From the NCBI GenBank assembly GCA_965217185.1, contig OZ244252.1:3936001-4000000 (forward strand): a DNA stretch of 64,000 nucleotides. The letters run 5' to 3'. Positions within the stretch are counted from its first letter, which is position 1, and each line of letters begins with the position of its first letter. The position numbers and the translations under genes were made by a program. This stretch comes from an uncultured Candidatus Entotheonella sp. Lineage in GTDB: Bacteria > Tectomicrobia > Entotheonellia > Entotheonellales > Entotheonellaceae. The notes below the pieces were generated by a model. That model ran no database searches, was not told the origin of the DNA, and saw nothing but the letters and a program-made list of their open reading frames with translations. This document shows, one piece after another, positions 38,397 through 49,640 of the stretch.

Positions 38397-38471
38397 GTCG
38401 GGTAAGGAGATGCCATTGCTGCCACCCCCTCCCCTAAGAACCGTGCTCGCGACTTTTACCGCACACGGCTC
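38397..38471 (-). mobile_element. Group II intron 3' remnant (domains V and VI)
   Basis: 34-nt DV GAGCCGTGTGCGGTAAAAGTCGCGAGCACGGTTC with AGC triad, then DVI TTAGGGGAGGGGG...CTCCTTACCCGAC; no RT ORF nearby. Confidence 0.85.
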
Positions 38472-38812
38472 AAGCAAGCCAATTAGGCCCAGTAACAACA
38501 TAGCTGTCATGGAGTGCCAAATTGACGGCGCTCGCTCAGAGCACCTGACTCACGTCTCCCACAGCCCCTCGAATCGAACGCCAGCGACCCGCGTATAGTG
38601 AACGTGTGTTTGGGGTCGCGGTGTCCGAGATAGTCCCTGAATCAAGTTCAGGGCAAGCTCTGAATCAGCTGGGGATGAAGCGCACCGAGTCCGGCACGCC
38701 GGGCAGCGGCGCCGATGAGGTAGTTGATCGACTGCCGGGTCATCGGTTGCCCAACGGCCCTACCCTGGTAAAATACCCTCATCTACACCATCAATCAAAA
38801 GGAGCCCAAACC

Positions 38813-40076
38813 ATGCAAACCTTCACGATCCGAGCCTTCGCTGCCTTATTCGTATGCACCCTTGCCCTACTCGTCGCTGCCTGCGGAAGCGACGACGATT
38901 CCTCAAGACTTCGACGCCGGCATCCTTGGCGCCGTTGAGATCAGTGCCGGGGAAGCCATCCAGATTCGTTCGATGCTGTCGCACACCGGCGCACCGGTGT
39001 GGGCTACTACCCCACGGAACGCCATCGAGCTGGCGGTACGCGACACAGGCGATGTCCTCGGCCGCAAGGTCGAACTTGGAGAGCCCATCGACAGCATGTG
39101 TTCAGGTGCAGGCGGCAAGGCGGGAGCCCTGCAAATCACCGCCGACCCGCGGCAAATCGTCGGTGTTCTCGGCACGTCCTGCTCAGGCGCGGCCGTGACA
39201 GCGTCGCCGCTGCTCAGCGGCGCAGGGCTGGTGATGATCTCGCCGCTCACCGAGTCACCCGGCCTGACGTCGGACCTCGTAGGCAACGCCGGTTCTGACT
39301 TCTACCCCGGTTATTTCCGCACCTCCAACAACAGCCTCTACTCGGCGCACATCGTTGCCGAATTCGCCTACCGTGAACTCAGACTGCGGCGCATGGTGAC
39401 CGTTGACGACGGCGACGCGTACACGATGGGCCTCACGGTCGCGTTTGACGATGCGTTTCGCGCTCTTGGCGGCGAGGTGGTTGCCGCCCACCGCACTGAG
39501 AAGCTCCAAACGGACATGACGGACGTCCTGGCGGGATCCGCGGCAGCCGAGCCGGATGGCATTTACTTCCCGCTCTTCGAGGAAGAAGGCACTCCTTTCG
39601 TCGAGCAGGCAAAGGCCTTTCCGGGCCTGGAAGACGTGACGCTCATTTCGGATTCAGCTCTCTTGACTGCCAAATTCCTGTCTACGCCGCAGTCCTTGGG
39701 TATCTACTACGCAGCGCCGGCACCGATAGACGACACGAACGTCAATGAGGTCACCGGCAAGAGTAGAGGCGAGGTGTTGGCCGCGTACCGGGCCATGTAC
39801 GAGGAGCCTGAAGTGACGTATTGGCCGCATGCCTACGACGCTGCCACGCTGCTGCTCAGCGCCATCGAGTCCGTTGGAGAAAAGAGAGGGGACAGGTTGT
39901 ACGTGGACCGCGTTGCGCTGCGCGATGCGATTACGGAGACGCAGGGCTTTCAGGGTCTACTCGGCACACTCTCCTGCGACGAGTTCGGAGACTGTGGTAC
40001 CGGAGGGGTGAGCATCTATCACAAAACGGACCCGAGCATCACGGACCCCGCCGACCTCGAGCCGGTCTATCCCTAA
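38813..40076 (+). pseudogene. Branched-chain amino acid ABC substrate-binding lipoprotein (LivJ/K-like), frameshifted after the lipobox
   Basis: Signal ...LLVAAC-GSDDD in one frame; body GVLGTSCSG, MISP, YFRT, AYDA, FQGL.G.LSCDEFGD in another; shift near 38900. Confidence 0.8.
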
Positions 40077-40274
40077 ACCCATCACCCGGGGGGCCGCGCC
40101 CCAACACCCCGCGGCCCCCGGACTCCAGTCCAATCAACCCGGACGAGCGTCACCAACATGGCTCAAGCACTTTCGGAACAGATTGGCTTGCATCCGAAAC
40201 CACGAAATCGCTGTGCTTTGCGAGTTGGTCCCTCGATAATTCCATTAGAGCATTTTCCGTTCAGTTTAACCCCT

Positions 40275-41400
40275 GGGCGCCTCGAAAAATGACTCACTGG
40301 CGGGCAAAACTGGCGTGAGTGGTCCTATCGCGTGATGTCGGGGTGGCGACGCATGTTGTAGGCAAGGTTCTTGAGACCTATCCGCGCGCTCGCCCGTACA
40401 AGACCGATGCTGCGAACCAACGTCCCGCCCACGTCGTTTTGCTGCGCCCCGAAGACATGCTCTACCCGTGCTCGAAACCGTGAACGACTCTGGTTGCCCG
40501 CCTTCTCCCAATCACACAGCGGACGGTTGCGATAGCCCTTGCGATGAATCCGACTCGTCAAGCCCCCTTTCCTTGACCTTCTCCGCGATCGCTTTGGACC
40601 GGTAGGCGCTGTCCGCCCAGACGCCGCTTGCCGTGTTGTCCGACGTAAGCAGTTCATCAACCACTTGGCTGTCGTGCACCGCCGCGTCCGTCACCCGGTA
40701 ACGCCGGATCGGTTTGTGCCGACGGTCGATGCTGACGTGATTCTTGTAGCCATAGTGGCTCTTGCCGTGCTTCTTCGTCCAGCGCGCATCCGTATCCTTT
40801 TGCCGACGCTTGGCCGCCTTGTCGGCCCAGGCCGCGGGCATCTCACCGCGCTTGATCTGCTCATTGTCGTCACGACGATTGCGTTGAATGGGAACCGCGA
40901 CAATCGAGGCATCGATGATCTGGCCGCCCATGGCCCGGTAGCCCTGGCTTTTCAGATAGCCGTCGAAATCCTCAAACAAGGCCTCCATGAGGCCGGCCTG
41001 TGACAACTGTTCGCGGTAGAGCCACACCGTCTTGGCATCGGGCACCTTGTCTTCGAGTGTCAAGCCCAAGAAGCGCACAAAGGACAGGCGGTCGCGCATC
41101 TGATACTCGACCTGGTCATCCGACAGATTGTAGAGGGCGCACAAAATGATCGCTTTGAACATGACGATGGCGTCCCACGGCTTGCACCCCGCATTGGACT
41201 TACGCTTGTCGGGCGGCTTGCGCCAGACGTTTTCCAGGCGGCTGCGGAAGGCTTCCCAGGGAACGACGGCATTGATCTTCACCAGGGGGTCATGCTTGGC
41301 GTCCAGAGCGGCGTAGCGATTCTCGACATCGAAAAAGCCCATCTGAGCCATGTTCAACTTCTCCGGCCTGTTGGTTAACGTGTCTCTGTAATTCTAAACC
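40275..41400 (-). mobile_element. IS5-family element copy 1; transposase 41351-40325 frameshifted, upstream end truncated by the adjacent IS
   Basis: MFKAIIL..LYNLSD, DRLSF, IIDASIV, D.DARWTKK, YGYKNH, ADSAY, RARVEHVF; extra G in a G run near 40565; end GGGCGCCTCGAAAAAT. Confidence 0.88.
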
Positions 41401-41403
41401 ATG

Positions 41404-42899
41404 GAGCCACTTGCAAAACTCCGCTAGTTTGGCCTCGGAGCGGTTGTCATGAGACCGTACGGTGAATCATTTGCCGTCGGTGGTTCCAATTGCCACGAAT
41501 TCAGCCATGGCGGTGCCGAGTTCCGGCTCCCGTCTTGCGATGCGGACGCAACTCTCCCCCCTGCGTACAGGACAGCAGCGCGTGCCGGGATGGAGGAAAC
41601 GGGGCCGCGGGACCAGCTTCAGGTCACCAAGCGCATCAACTGATCAACCGTGAGCGCCACAATCCCGAACATCAGATGACACAGCACCTTGGCATGGCCG
41701 CGCACGCGCACGCTGCGACCTCCGAATTCATCCTTGAGGCGACCATTGACGCGCTCGACGGTCGAGCGTTCGTGGTAACGTCTCTCCTCAGACAGGACCA
41801 ACCCACAGGCACGCCGTGCCTGCCTCTCCTGCCGCAGCGCCTGCTTGCGCGCGCCGCTGCGGGGGTTGACGTCGATGATCGCAACATGACCCAGGGCGCG
41901 GCTGTGGGCGCGGATTTCCGGGGCATCGTAGGCGCTGTCCATCAGGTCATACAGGTTGCGGACTCGCTCCGCCGTCAGGGTCGCCAGCGGGATGGCGACT
42001 TGGCTGTCGTGCAGCGACGCCGAGGTAAGCAGGCAACTGACCGGGATGGCGCCGTCGGCCGCGTCAATATGCAACTTGTAGCCGCTCCATGACGTCTGAT
42101 AGCCCTTGGCGTCGCGCTTGACGCCAATGTCACAGGCGTACGGCAAGTCGGCGAGCATCTCCGGCAGGGTCATGTTGCGCTGGCGCTCCAGACGGCGCGG
42201 CTCCGTGGGGCGCTCCTCGCCCTTGCGCGGACGCCCGCGCCGCCGCTTCGGCTTGGCCGGCTGCGGCGCCTTCGGGGTCGGTCTCTCGCGCCCTTCAATC
42301 GCCGTCGAATCGCGTGAAATATGGCCTGCCAGACGCTCACCCTGGGTGCGTTTGATCAGCGCCTCGTGCAGGTGGCTCGGCAAGGCGCTGTCGGCAAATT
42401 CGGCAAAGGCACGTGAAAACGTCGCCTCGCTCGGAATGTGCTTGACGCTACGCCAGCCGCACAACCGGCGCAGGGTGCTGTCGTGGCGCAGACGATCAAG
42501 CAACATCCGGGTGCTAACCAGCGCGAAGACGGCCTTGGCGATGAAGGCGCGGGCTAAGGCCGCGCGGTCGCTTGGCGGACAGCCGCGACGCCGGTGCTGG
42601 TACGGCAGCAGCGTTTCCACCCGCACCCATTCGAGCACCATGACGAAGCGCTGATGGCGTTCCCCCAGCGCCCCGATCGTTTCCTCAAGCTGCGGGAACA
42701 GCAGCGCTTGAAAGCAAGACCAGTAACTCGATAGTATCTCACGTAAGGCCATTGGGGTCGTTCCTCCTGATTCGGTTGTTTGACAACTCAACAGAATCAG
42801 AAAGCGGCCCCAATGTCCACCAATCAGCCCCAGAGCCTGCCCCGTGCTTGACACGGAGAAAGAAAATCCCACTCGTACACGCAATTCTGCAAGTGGCTC
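41404..42899 (-). mobile_element. IS element (DUF772 + DDE; IS5/IS1182-like) with intact transposase
   Basis: Perfect inverted ends CCATGGAGCCACTTGCA/TGCAAGTGGCTCCATGG; CATG on both flanks. Confidence 0.88.
41619..42752 (-). CDS. DDE transposase
   Basis: PSEATFSRAF, SRDSTAI, GYKLH, HDSQ, MDSAYD, RSTVERVNGRLKD. Confidence 0.9.
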   Translation of the reverse strand: MALREILSSYWSCFQALLFPQLEETIGALGERHQRFVMVLEWVRVETLLPYQHRRRGCPPSDRAALARAFIAKAVFALVSTRMLLDRLRHDSTLRRLCGWRSVKHIPSEATFSRAFAEFADSALPSHLHEALIKRTQGERLAGHISRDSTAIEGRERPTPKAPQPAKPKRRRGRPRKGEERPTEPRRLERQRNMTLPEMLADLPYACDIGVKRDAKGYQTSWSGYKLHIDAADGAIPVSCLLTSASLHDSQVAIPLATLTAERVRNLYDLMDSAYDAPEIRAHSRALGHVAIIDVNPRSGARKQALRQERQARRACGLVLSEERRYHERSTVERVNGRLKDEFGGRSVRVRGHAKVLCHLMFGIVALTVDQLMRLVT

Positions 42900-42902
42900 C
42901 AT

Positions 42903-44191
42903 GGGCATCTCGAAAAATGCCTCGTGGATAGTCATAGATGGCGAGAGTGGCAATTCGCTGGCATGTCGGTGAGAAAATGAACTCGGCTGTCCAGGGGGAC
43001 TGCCTCCCAGCAAGGAGGATTCGCCTTCCAATGAGGGCCTCCGGTGCAACCCTTCCGCACCGTTGGCGCTCAACTGGCGCTCGCAAGGCGTTGTAATTGA
43101 ATCAGGCGACGCATGTTGTAGGCAAGGTTCTTAAGACCTATCCGCGCCCTCGCCCGTACGAGCCCGATGCTGCGAACCAACGTCCCGCCCATGTCGTTTT
43201 GCTGCGCCCCGAAGACATGCTCTACCCGTGCTCGAAACCGTGAACGACTCTGGTTGCCCGCCTTCTCCCAATCACGCAACGGACGGTTGCGATAGCCCTT
43301 GCGATGAATCCGACTCCTCAAACCCCTGGCCTTCAGCGTCGCTTCAATGGCTTTGGACCGCTAGGCGCTGTCCGCCCAGACACCGCTTGCCGTGTTGTCC
43401 GACGTAAGCAACTCCTCAATCACTTGGCTGTCGTGCACCGCCGCATCCGTCACCCGGTAACGCCGTATCAGCTTGTGCCGACGGTCGATGGTGACGTGAT
43501 TCTTGTAGCCATAGTGGCTCTTGCCGTGCTTCTTCGTCCAGCGCGCATCCCTGTCCTTTTGTCGACGCTTGGCTGGCTTGTCGGCCCAGGCCTCAGGTGT
43601 CTCACCCCGTTTGATCTGCTCATTGTCGTCACGACGATTGCGTTGCATGGGAACCGCGACAATCGAAGCATCGATGATCTGGCCACCCATCGCCTGGTAG
43701 CCCTGGCTTTTCAGGTAGCCGTCGAAATCCTCGAACAAGGCATCGATGAGGCCGGCCTGTGACAACTGTTCGCGGTAGAGCCACACCGTCTTGGCATCGG
43801 GCACCTTGTCTTCGAGTGTCAAGGCCAAGAAGCGCACAAAGGACAGGCGGTCGCGCATCTGATACTCGACCTGGTCGTCCGACAGATTGTAGAGGGCGCA
43901 CAAAATGATGGCCTTGAACATGACGATGGCATCCCACGGCTTGCACCCCGCATTGGACTTACGCTTGTCGGCTGGCTTGCGCCAGACTCTCTCCAGGCGG
44001 CTGCGGAACGCTTCCCACGGAACGGCAGCGTTGACCTTCACCAGGGGATCGTTTTTGGCGTCCAGAGCGGCGTAGCGATTCTCGATATCGAAAAAGCCCA
44101 TCTGAGCCATGTTTCACTCCTCCGGCCTTGTTGGTTGACGTGTTTCAGTGATTCTAAACCACGTGGGAGATGGGTATTATTAGAGATGCCC
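42903..44191 (-). mobile_element. IS5-family element copy 2; transposase 44110-43070 with a premature TAG at 43361-43363
   Basis: Ends GGGCATCTCGAAAAAT ... TATTAGAGATGCCC; close paralogue of copy 1, with TAG where copy 1 has TAC (ADSAY). Confidence 0.9.
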
Positions 44192-44195
44192 TTAG

Positions 44196-45542
44196 CTCGA
44201 CTTTGTACGAATTTGGTCAAGTCAGTGCGTGTAACAGGCCGATTGCATCAAGCCCTGCAGATAGACCCGAGGGATTTCTACCCACTCGGTATCGGGCGTT
44301 GATGTTGAAAAATACTCGACCTTCCACAGGTGCTGCCGTACCGCTGCCAAAGCGTCGCTGAACGTCGCCTGCTCCTTGGCATACCAAGCACTCTGTCGCA
44401 CCGCCAAGCGACCGTCCAGATACAGGCCATGAGCCAGCAGCGCCACCAGCGAATACAAGCTCAGCAGACACGGCGTGGTCCGTTCAATCGCCAGGTCAGA
44501 CCACTGACGCTGGGTCTCAAAGCCCAAGTGGGCACGGCTCTCTTCGAAGGTCGTCTCAATGCTCCAGCGCTTGATGAAACACGCCACGACATCGCCTGCC
44601 CGGTCACTGGGACACGTCGAGAAGAAGGCCCGTGGTGGGCACTGAGCGTCACAGGGACGTACCAGGACCCACCGGAGCGGCAGCACCGGCTGGCCGCTGC
44701 GGTACCACAGGGCAGTCCCGCTACTGACCTGCAAGCGTCGCACGCGGCCATCGTACCAGCGCACACGCAGAGACTGCCAAGGGGTTGCCGCATCGCGCAG
44801 GCGCTCGACCAAGCTGGGTAATCGCTTGCCCTTGCGACGGGGTCGCCCCCGCGTGCCCGGCTGGCGAGGCGGCGGCGCTTCATGGAGAACCGCATCGAGG
44901 CGCAAGGGGGCAATCAGGCGCACCTCACACTGCCGGCAGGCATGCCCGAGCTCGACGACACTGTAGGATTAATCCCCAAGCACGGTGATGGCGACTTGCG
45001 GCAGCCTCCACAACGTACCACCCGAATCATCTGGCGTGCCCACTGGGCGACGGTCTTGTGTCTCAGCCCCAGGCGCTCACTGACTTGTGGCGTTGGCGCC
45101 GGCACGCTCAAGATAGGTAAAGCCCAACAACGGTTGTTCCAGGGTGGCGTGACAACCAGGGTCAGCACGATCCAGCGAAGGCCACTGGTGCTGACGGTGC
45201 GCTTGCGGCTGGAAGCCAGCGACTGCCTTTGAGAGCGGACCAGCGAGCACGATTGAACACCTGATGGTAGAGACTGAACGACGGGGTATCGCCCTGCCCC
45301 GTGTGTCGCAGGGCCGCGGTGACGGTGCGTCGTCCGTGGGCCAACAGGGTTCCGACGAGCAGGCGTTGGGCTTTGCGCCAAGTGGGTGCGCTAAAGAGAC
45401 TTTGAAAGGGTGCCAGGAGGGTGCTAGGGTGTGCTGAAGGGGACATTGCTGACCTCACTGCAAGATGGTTGGCGTGGAACCTACCATCCTACAATACGGC
45501 AGCGATGTCCCTGGAGCCCTCCTCATTTTGTACAAAGTCGAG
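44196..45542 (-). mobile_element. IS701-like element with degraded transposase (several frameshifts)
   Basis: TIR CTCGACTTTGTAC/GTACAAAGTCGAG flanked by CTTAG direct repeats (44191-44195, 45543-45547); fragments RRTVTAAL, GLRWI, WALP, RWSIETTFEE. Confidence 0.85.
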
Positions 45543-45584
45543 CTTAGGGGAGGGGGTGACAGCGATGCTACCCCCTTACCCGAC
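45543..45584 (+). mobile_element. Second group II intron remnant (domain VI and 3' splice end)
   Basis: CTTAGGGGAGGGGGTGACAGCGATGCTACCCCCTTACCCGAC closely matches the DVI at 38438-38397. Confidence 0.75.
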
Positions 45585-46659
45585 CAGTTCCTATCACGAA
45601 CGTACGTTTGCGCGGTGGTATGGACGCCCGTTTGACTTTGTCGCACTCAACAAAGCAGCGATTACCCAGGTGATTGCGCCCGACCATCAGCAGGCCCTCG
45701 TTATCGACGCCAGCTTTATCCCCAAAAGTGGCACCCACACCTATGGTCTTGAACGCTTCTGGAACAGCCGCCAGCGGCGCAGTGAAAAAGGTCTGGAAGT
45801 CTCTGCTGTAGCCTGGCTCGACATCACCGACAGATGCGCCTATGGCCTCAGTGTCGAGCAGACACCCCCAAGCGACAAGACCTCGGAGCCACAAGGCACA
45901 CGCATCGATGCCTATCTGGAGCAATTGCAGCGTGTGGTCTGTGACCATCACCTGGGTCATCTACGCTATGTGATAGCGGATGGCTATTACAGCAAACGTA
46001 AATTCCTCGATGGGGTTCGCGCCCTCGGACTGCATCAGATTGGCAAACTGCGCCGTGACGCCAATCTGCGCTATCTCTACCAAGGACTGGGACACCCAGG
46101 ACCCGGGCGTCCCAAGACCTATGACGGCAAGGTCCAGTGGGACGACCTGTCACGCTTTGAATGGGTGCAGAGTGAAGACGACGACGTGGTGCTCTACCAT
46201 CAAGTCCTCAACCACGTTCATCTTCGGCGCAATCTGCGTGTCGTGCTCGTCGTGGATACCCGCACCCAGCGGCGGGCGGTGCTGTTCAGCACCGATACCG
46301 ACTTGGATGCGCAGACGCTTTATCGTGGGTACAAAGCGCGCTTCCAGATCGAGTTTCTCTTCAGAGACGCCAAGCAGTTTACGTCTCTGAATGCCTGTCA
46401 AGCGCGCTCCCAAGCCAAGCTGCATTTTCACTTCAATGCCAGTATGAGTGCTCTGACCCTGGGCAAGCTGGAAGCGCGACAGCAAAGCGGCGGTGCCCAG
46501 GCAGGGTTTTCCATGGCGAGTCTCAAACGGCGCGCCTTCAACCAACATCTGCTGGAGCGAATTTCTCGGCATTTAGCCCACGGGCATAGCCTGGAAAAAT
46601 CCAGCCCCGATTACCAAGACCTTTGTAACTATGGCACGATCACTGACAGGGCGGCTTGA
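45585..46659 (+). pseudogene. IS701/IS4-like DDE transposase lacking its N-terminus
   Basis: VIDASFIPKSG, IADGYYS, KLRRDANL, GRPKTY, YKARFQIEFLFRDAKQ; similarity begins right after the intron 3' end. Confidence 0.8.
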
Positions 46660-46689
46660 GGACTGTCCGAAGGACTCCTAAAGAGAACT

Positions 46690-49205
46690 ATGGAGAAGAG
46701 GAAAACGAGACTGACACGCCGTGAGCAATCGGCGACAGCGCGAGCTTCCTTGCCGCAGGCGGGAGCGGCTGAGGAGGTCGAGGCTGGGTTCTTCAACGCG
46801 CTTCCGGGCCGCGCGCGCTGGTCGTTCTTGCCCTCCTGGTCGTCGTCAGCTACTTTCCCGCGCTCTCGGGCGGCTTCGTCTGGGACGATGTGATCTTTGC
46901 CGAAGAGCCGGTGGTTCATGCAGCCTCCGGCCTCTGGAACATCTGGTTCTCGCCGTCTGACATCAAGAACGAAGGGCACTACTGGCCGCTCGTGTACACC
47001 AGCTTCTGGCTGGAGCACAAGCTGTGGGGCCTGGCGCCGGCCGGCTATCACGCCGTCAACGTCCTGCTGCACCTGATCAACGTTCTGCTGCTGTGGCGCC
47101 TGCTGTTGCAACTGGCGGTGCCGGGCGCCTTGGTCATAGCGGCGGTGTTCGCGGTACATCCGCTGCACGTCGAGTCGGTGGCTTGGATCATTGAGCGCAA
47201 GGACGTGCTGTCGGCGCTGTTTTACCTGACCGCGGTGTTGGCCTGGATCCGCTTCACGGAGGCGCCGCGGCCGCGCGGCTACGCGTTGGCGCTGGTACTG
47301 TTCACGGCGGGGTTGTTGAGCAAGTCGGTGGTGGTGACGCTGCCGGTGGCGCTGCTGATCTGGCACTGGTGGCAGCACGGCCGGGTGACGCGGACCGATC
47401 TGCTGCGGCTGGCGCCGTTCTTTGCGGTCGCGGCGGGCATCACCGCTGCTGATCTGTCGTTCTACACGTCGCGGGAGGCGCTGGAATTGGGCTACTCGCT
47501 GCCGGAGCGGGTGCTGATCGCGGCGCGGGCATTGTGGTTCTATGTGGGCAAGCTGTTGTGGCCAACGGAACTGGCGGTGATCTACCCGCTGTGGGAGATC
47601 GACACCGGCAATCTGCTGGCCTGGGGCTACGTTGCCAGCGCCACGGCGCTGGCGGCCGTGCTGTGGCTGGGGCGTCGCCGGCTCGGTCGAGGCCCGTTGG
47701 CCGGGGCGCTGTTCTTCGCGGTCACACTGGCGCCGGTGCTGGGATTTGTGGACTACGGCTACATGCAGTTCTCGTTCGTTGCCGACCGCTTTCAGTACTT
47801 GGCCGGGATTGGCGTGCTGGCGGTGCTGATCGGCGCCGCCGCCCACGGCGCGGCCAAGCTGCCCGGCGGCCTGCGGCTGGGTGCCTGCGGTCTCGCGGTG
47901 GCCGTCGTGGGGCTGCTCGGCATGCTGACGTGGCGCCAGGCGGGTATCTACCAGGACGAAGTTACCTTCTTCAGCCACATCGTGGCGCTCAATCCCGCGG
48001 CGCGCGACGCGCACCTCAATCTCGGCAGTGCGTTGTTCGAAACAGACCGGTTCGAGGAGGGGCTGGCTGCCAGTTGCATCGCCGTGGCGCAACGGCCTGA
48101 TTCTGCCAAGGCGCTGGCCAACGTCGGCCGCGCCCTCATCAAGCTGCTCCAGCTTGATGAGGGCGCGACGCACCTCCTCCGTGCCCGGCAACTCGATCCG
48201 CGCAGCATGACGGCGCATCAGAATCTGGCTGAGGTGTTCCGCAAACAGGGGCGCTACGCGGAAGCGGTGGCATCGTACCGGGTGGTATTGGAGATCGAGG
48301 CCGGGTACGCGCTGGCCTATGCCGGCATGGGCATGGCGCTGTTCGGGGCGCAGCGCTACGACGAGGCGCTGGAGGCAATGGATCAGGCGCTGTTCCTGCA
48401 GCCGGAGTTGCCGACTGCGGGTGCTCTGCAACTCCACATGGGCCGCGCTGCACGCGAGTTGGGGCGGCTCGATGCGGCGGCGGAACACTTGCGGCGCGCC
48501 ATGGAGAGCGAACCGCGCAACGTGGAGCCTCTGTTCGACCTGGCCAAGGTGCGAGCCCTGCAGCAGCGTTATGAGGAAGCCGACCAACTCCTGCAACGCG
48601 CGCGACAACTGCGGCCGCGCGATCTGGCGACGCTCCACAATGTGGCCGAGGCACTGCGAAATCAGGGCCGCTACGAGGAAGCGGTCGCGACCTACCGCGC
48701 GGTGCTTGAGATCGACGCCGAATTTGCGCCGGCCTATGCCGGAATGGGCATCGCGCTGTTCCAGTGGGAGCGCTACGAGGAAGCGATCGCGGCACTGAAG
48801 CAGGCGGTTGCCCTGCAGCCTGAGCTGCTGGTGAAGGGGTCTTCGCTGCATGTCTTCCTGGGCCGGGCGTCACAGGAACTGGGACGGCCCGAGGCGGCCG
48901 CCGACTATTATGAGCGAGCCGTGCAACGCCACCCGCGCGATCGGGAGGCACTCGATCACCTTGCCATGGCGTGGTTCGGACAGCAGCGGTACGAAGAGGC
49001 GCTTGAGTTGTACCGGAGGCTGGTCGAGATCGATCCCGACAGCGCACAAACCCACTCCAACCTGGGTGCCACCTTGTACCACCTGGGCCGGTTCGACGAG
49101 GCACGCCGCAGCATCGAGCGTGCCCTCGCGCTGGACCCCGGCCTGGAAACCGCCCGCATTGGCCTGGAACAGGTGCGCGGGGCGCTGCGGCAGGGTGGAC
49201 AGTAG
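46690..49205 (+). CDS. TMTC-like multi-TM glycosyltransferase with C-terminal TPR array; probable frameshift near the 5' end
   Basis: GFVWDD, YWPL, YHAVNVLLH, FAVHPLHVESVAWIIERKD, ADRFQYL, many TPRs; main frame is blocked by TGA at 46770 and the ATG at 46690 is in another frame. Confidence 0.82.
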
Positions 49206-49315
49206 CTTTTCGCAACGTACGGCGGTATTAGAGCGGTTTCCGCATGGCGATATGGCAAGCCCGGCGTTGATGTGGCAGCCCCGTAGCCTTCCAGGGTGGC
49301 GCGACTTTTAGCCCG

Positions 49316-49363
49316 CGCGGAGGGCCGGACCGCCCTCCGTGGGCAGACAGGAATGTCTGCCTC
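49316..49363. repeat. Intergenic palindromes (REP-like)
   Basis: CGGAGGGC..GCCCTCCG and GGCAGACA-GGAA-TGTCTGCC hairpins upstream of nuoL. Confidence 0.5.
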
Positions 49364-49640
49364 GCCCTGTCGGCGAAAACCAGACATACGAACGCAAAGC
49401 ACTCCAAGAGATGACGAGGCGCAAGCGGTTTGCCCCCCGGATAACGCCATATGCGCTTACCCTGAGACGGCAGCCGCCGTTATTGACACCCCCAAACAGC
49501 CTCTGATAACATTCGCACCCAACACGCGGTCCAACCATCCTGCTGGATGACTACCCCGCAAGACACGCTTCTTTCGTACCTCACGCCTCTCAATTCGACG
49601 TACACGCCGGGTCGTTGCTCGGCAGTTTCGCGGGGAGCAA

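Noticed and set aside
40086..40121. GC-rich hairpin after the Liv-type binding protein gene as an intrinsic terminator
   Set aside because: The stem is present but there is no U-tract on either side, so it was not called.
28201..43363. Amber (TAG) recoding as Tyr, suggested by in-frame TAGs at 28201 and 43361
   Set aside because: TAG is the normal stop of intact genes here (pglXI, brxA, nuoL1, nuoJ, nuoN); point mutation or sequencing error is the simpler explanation.
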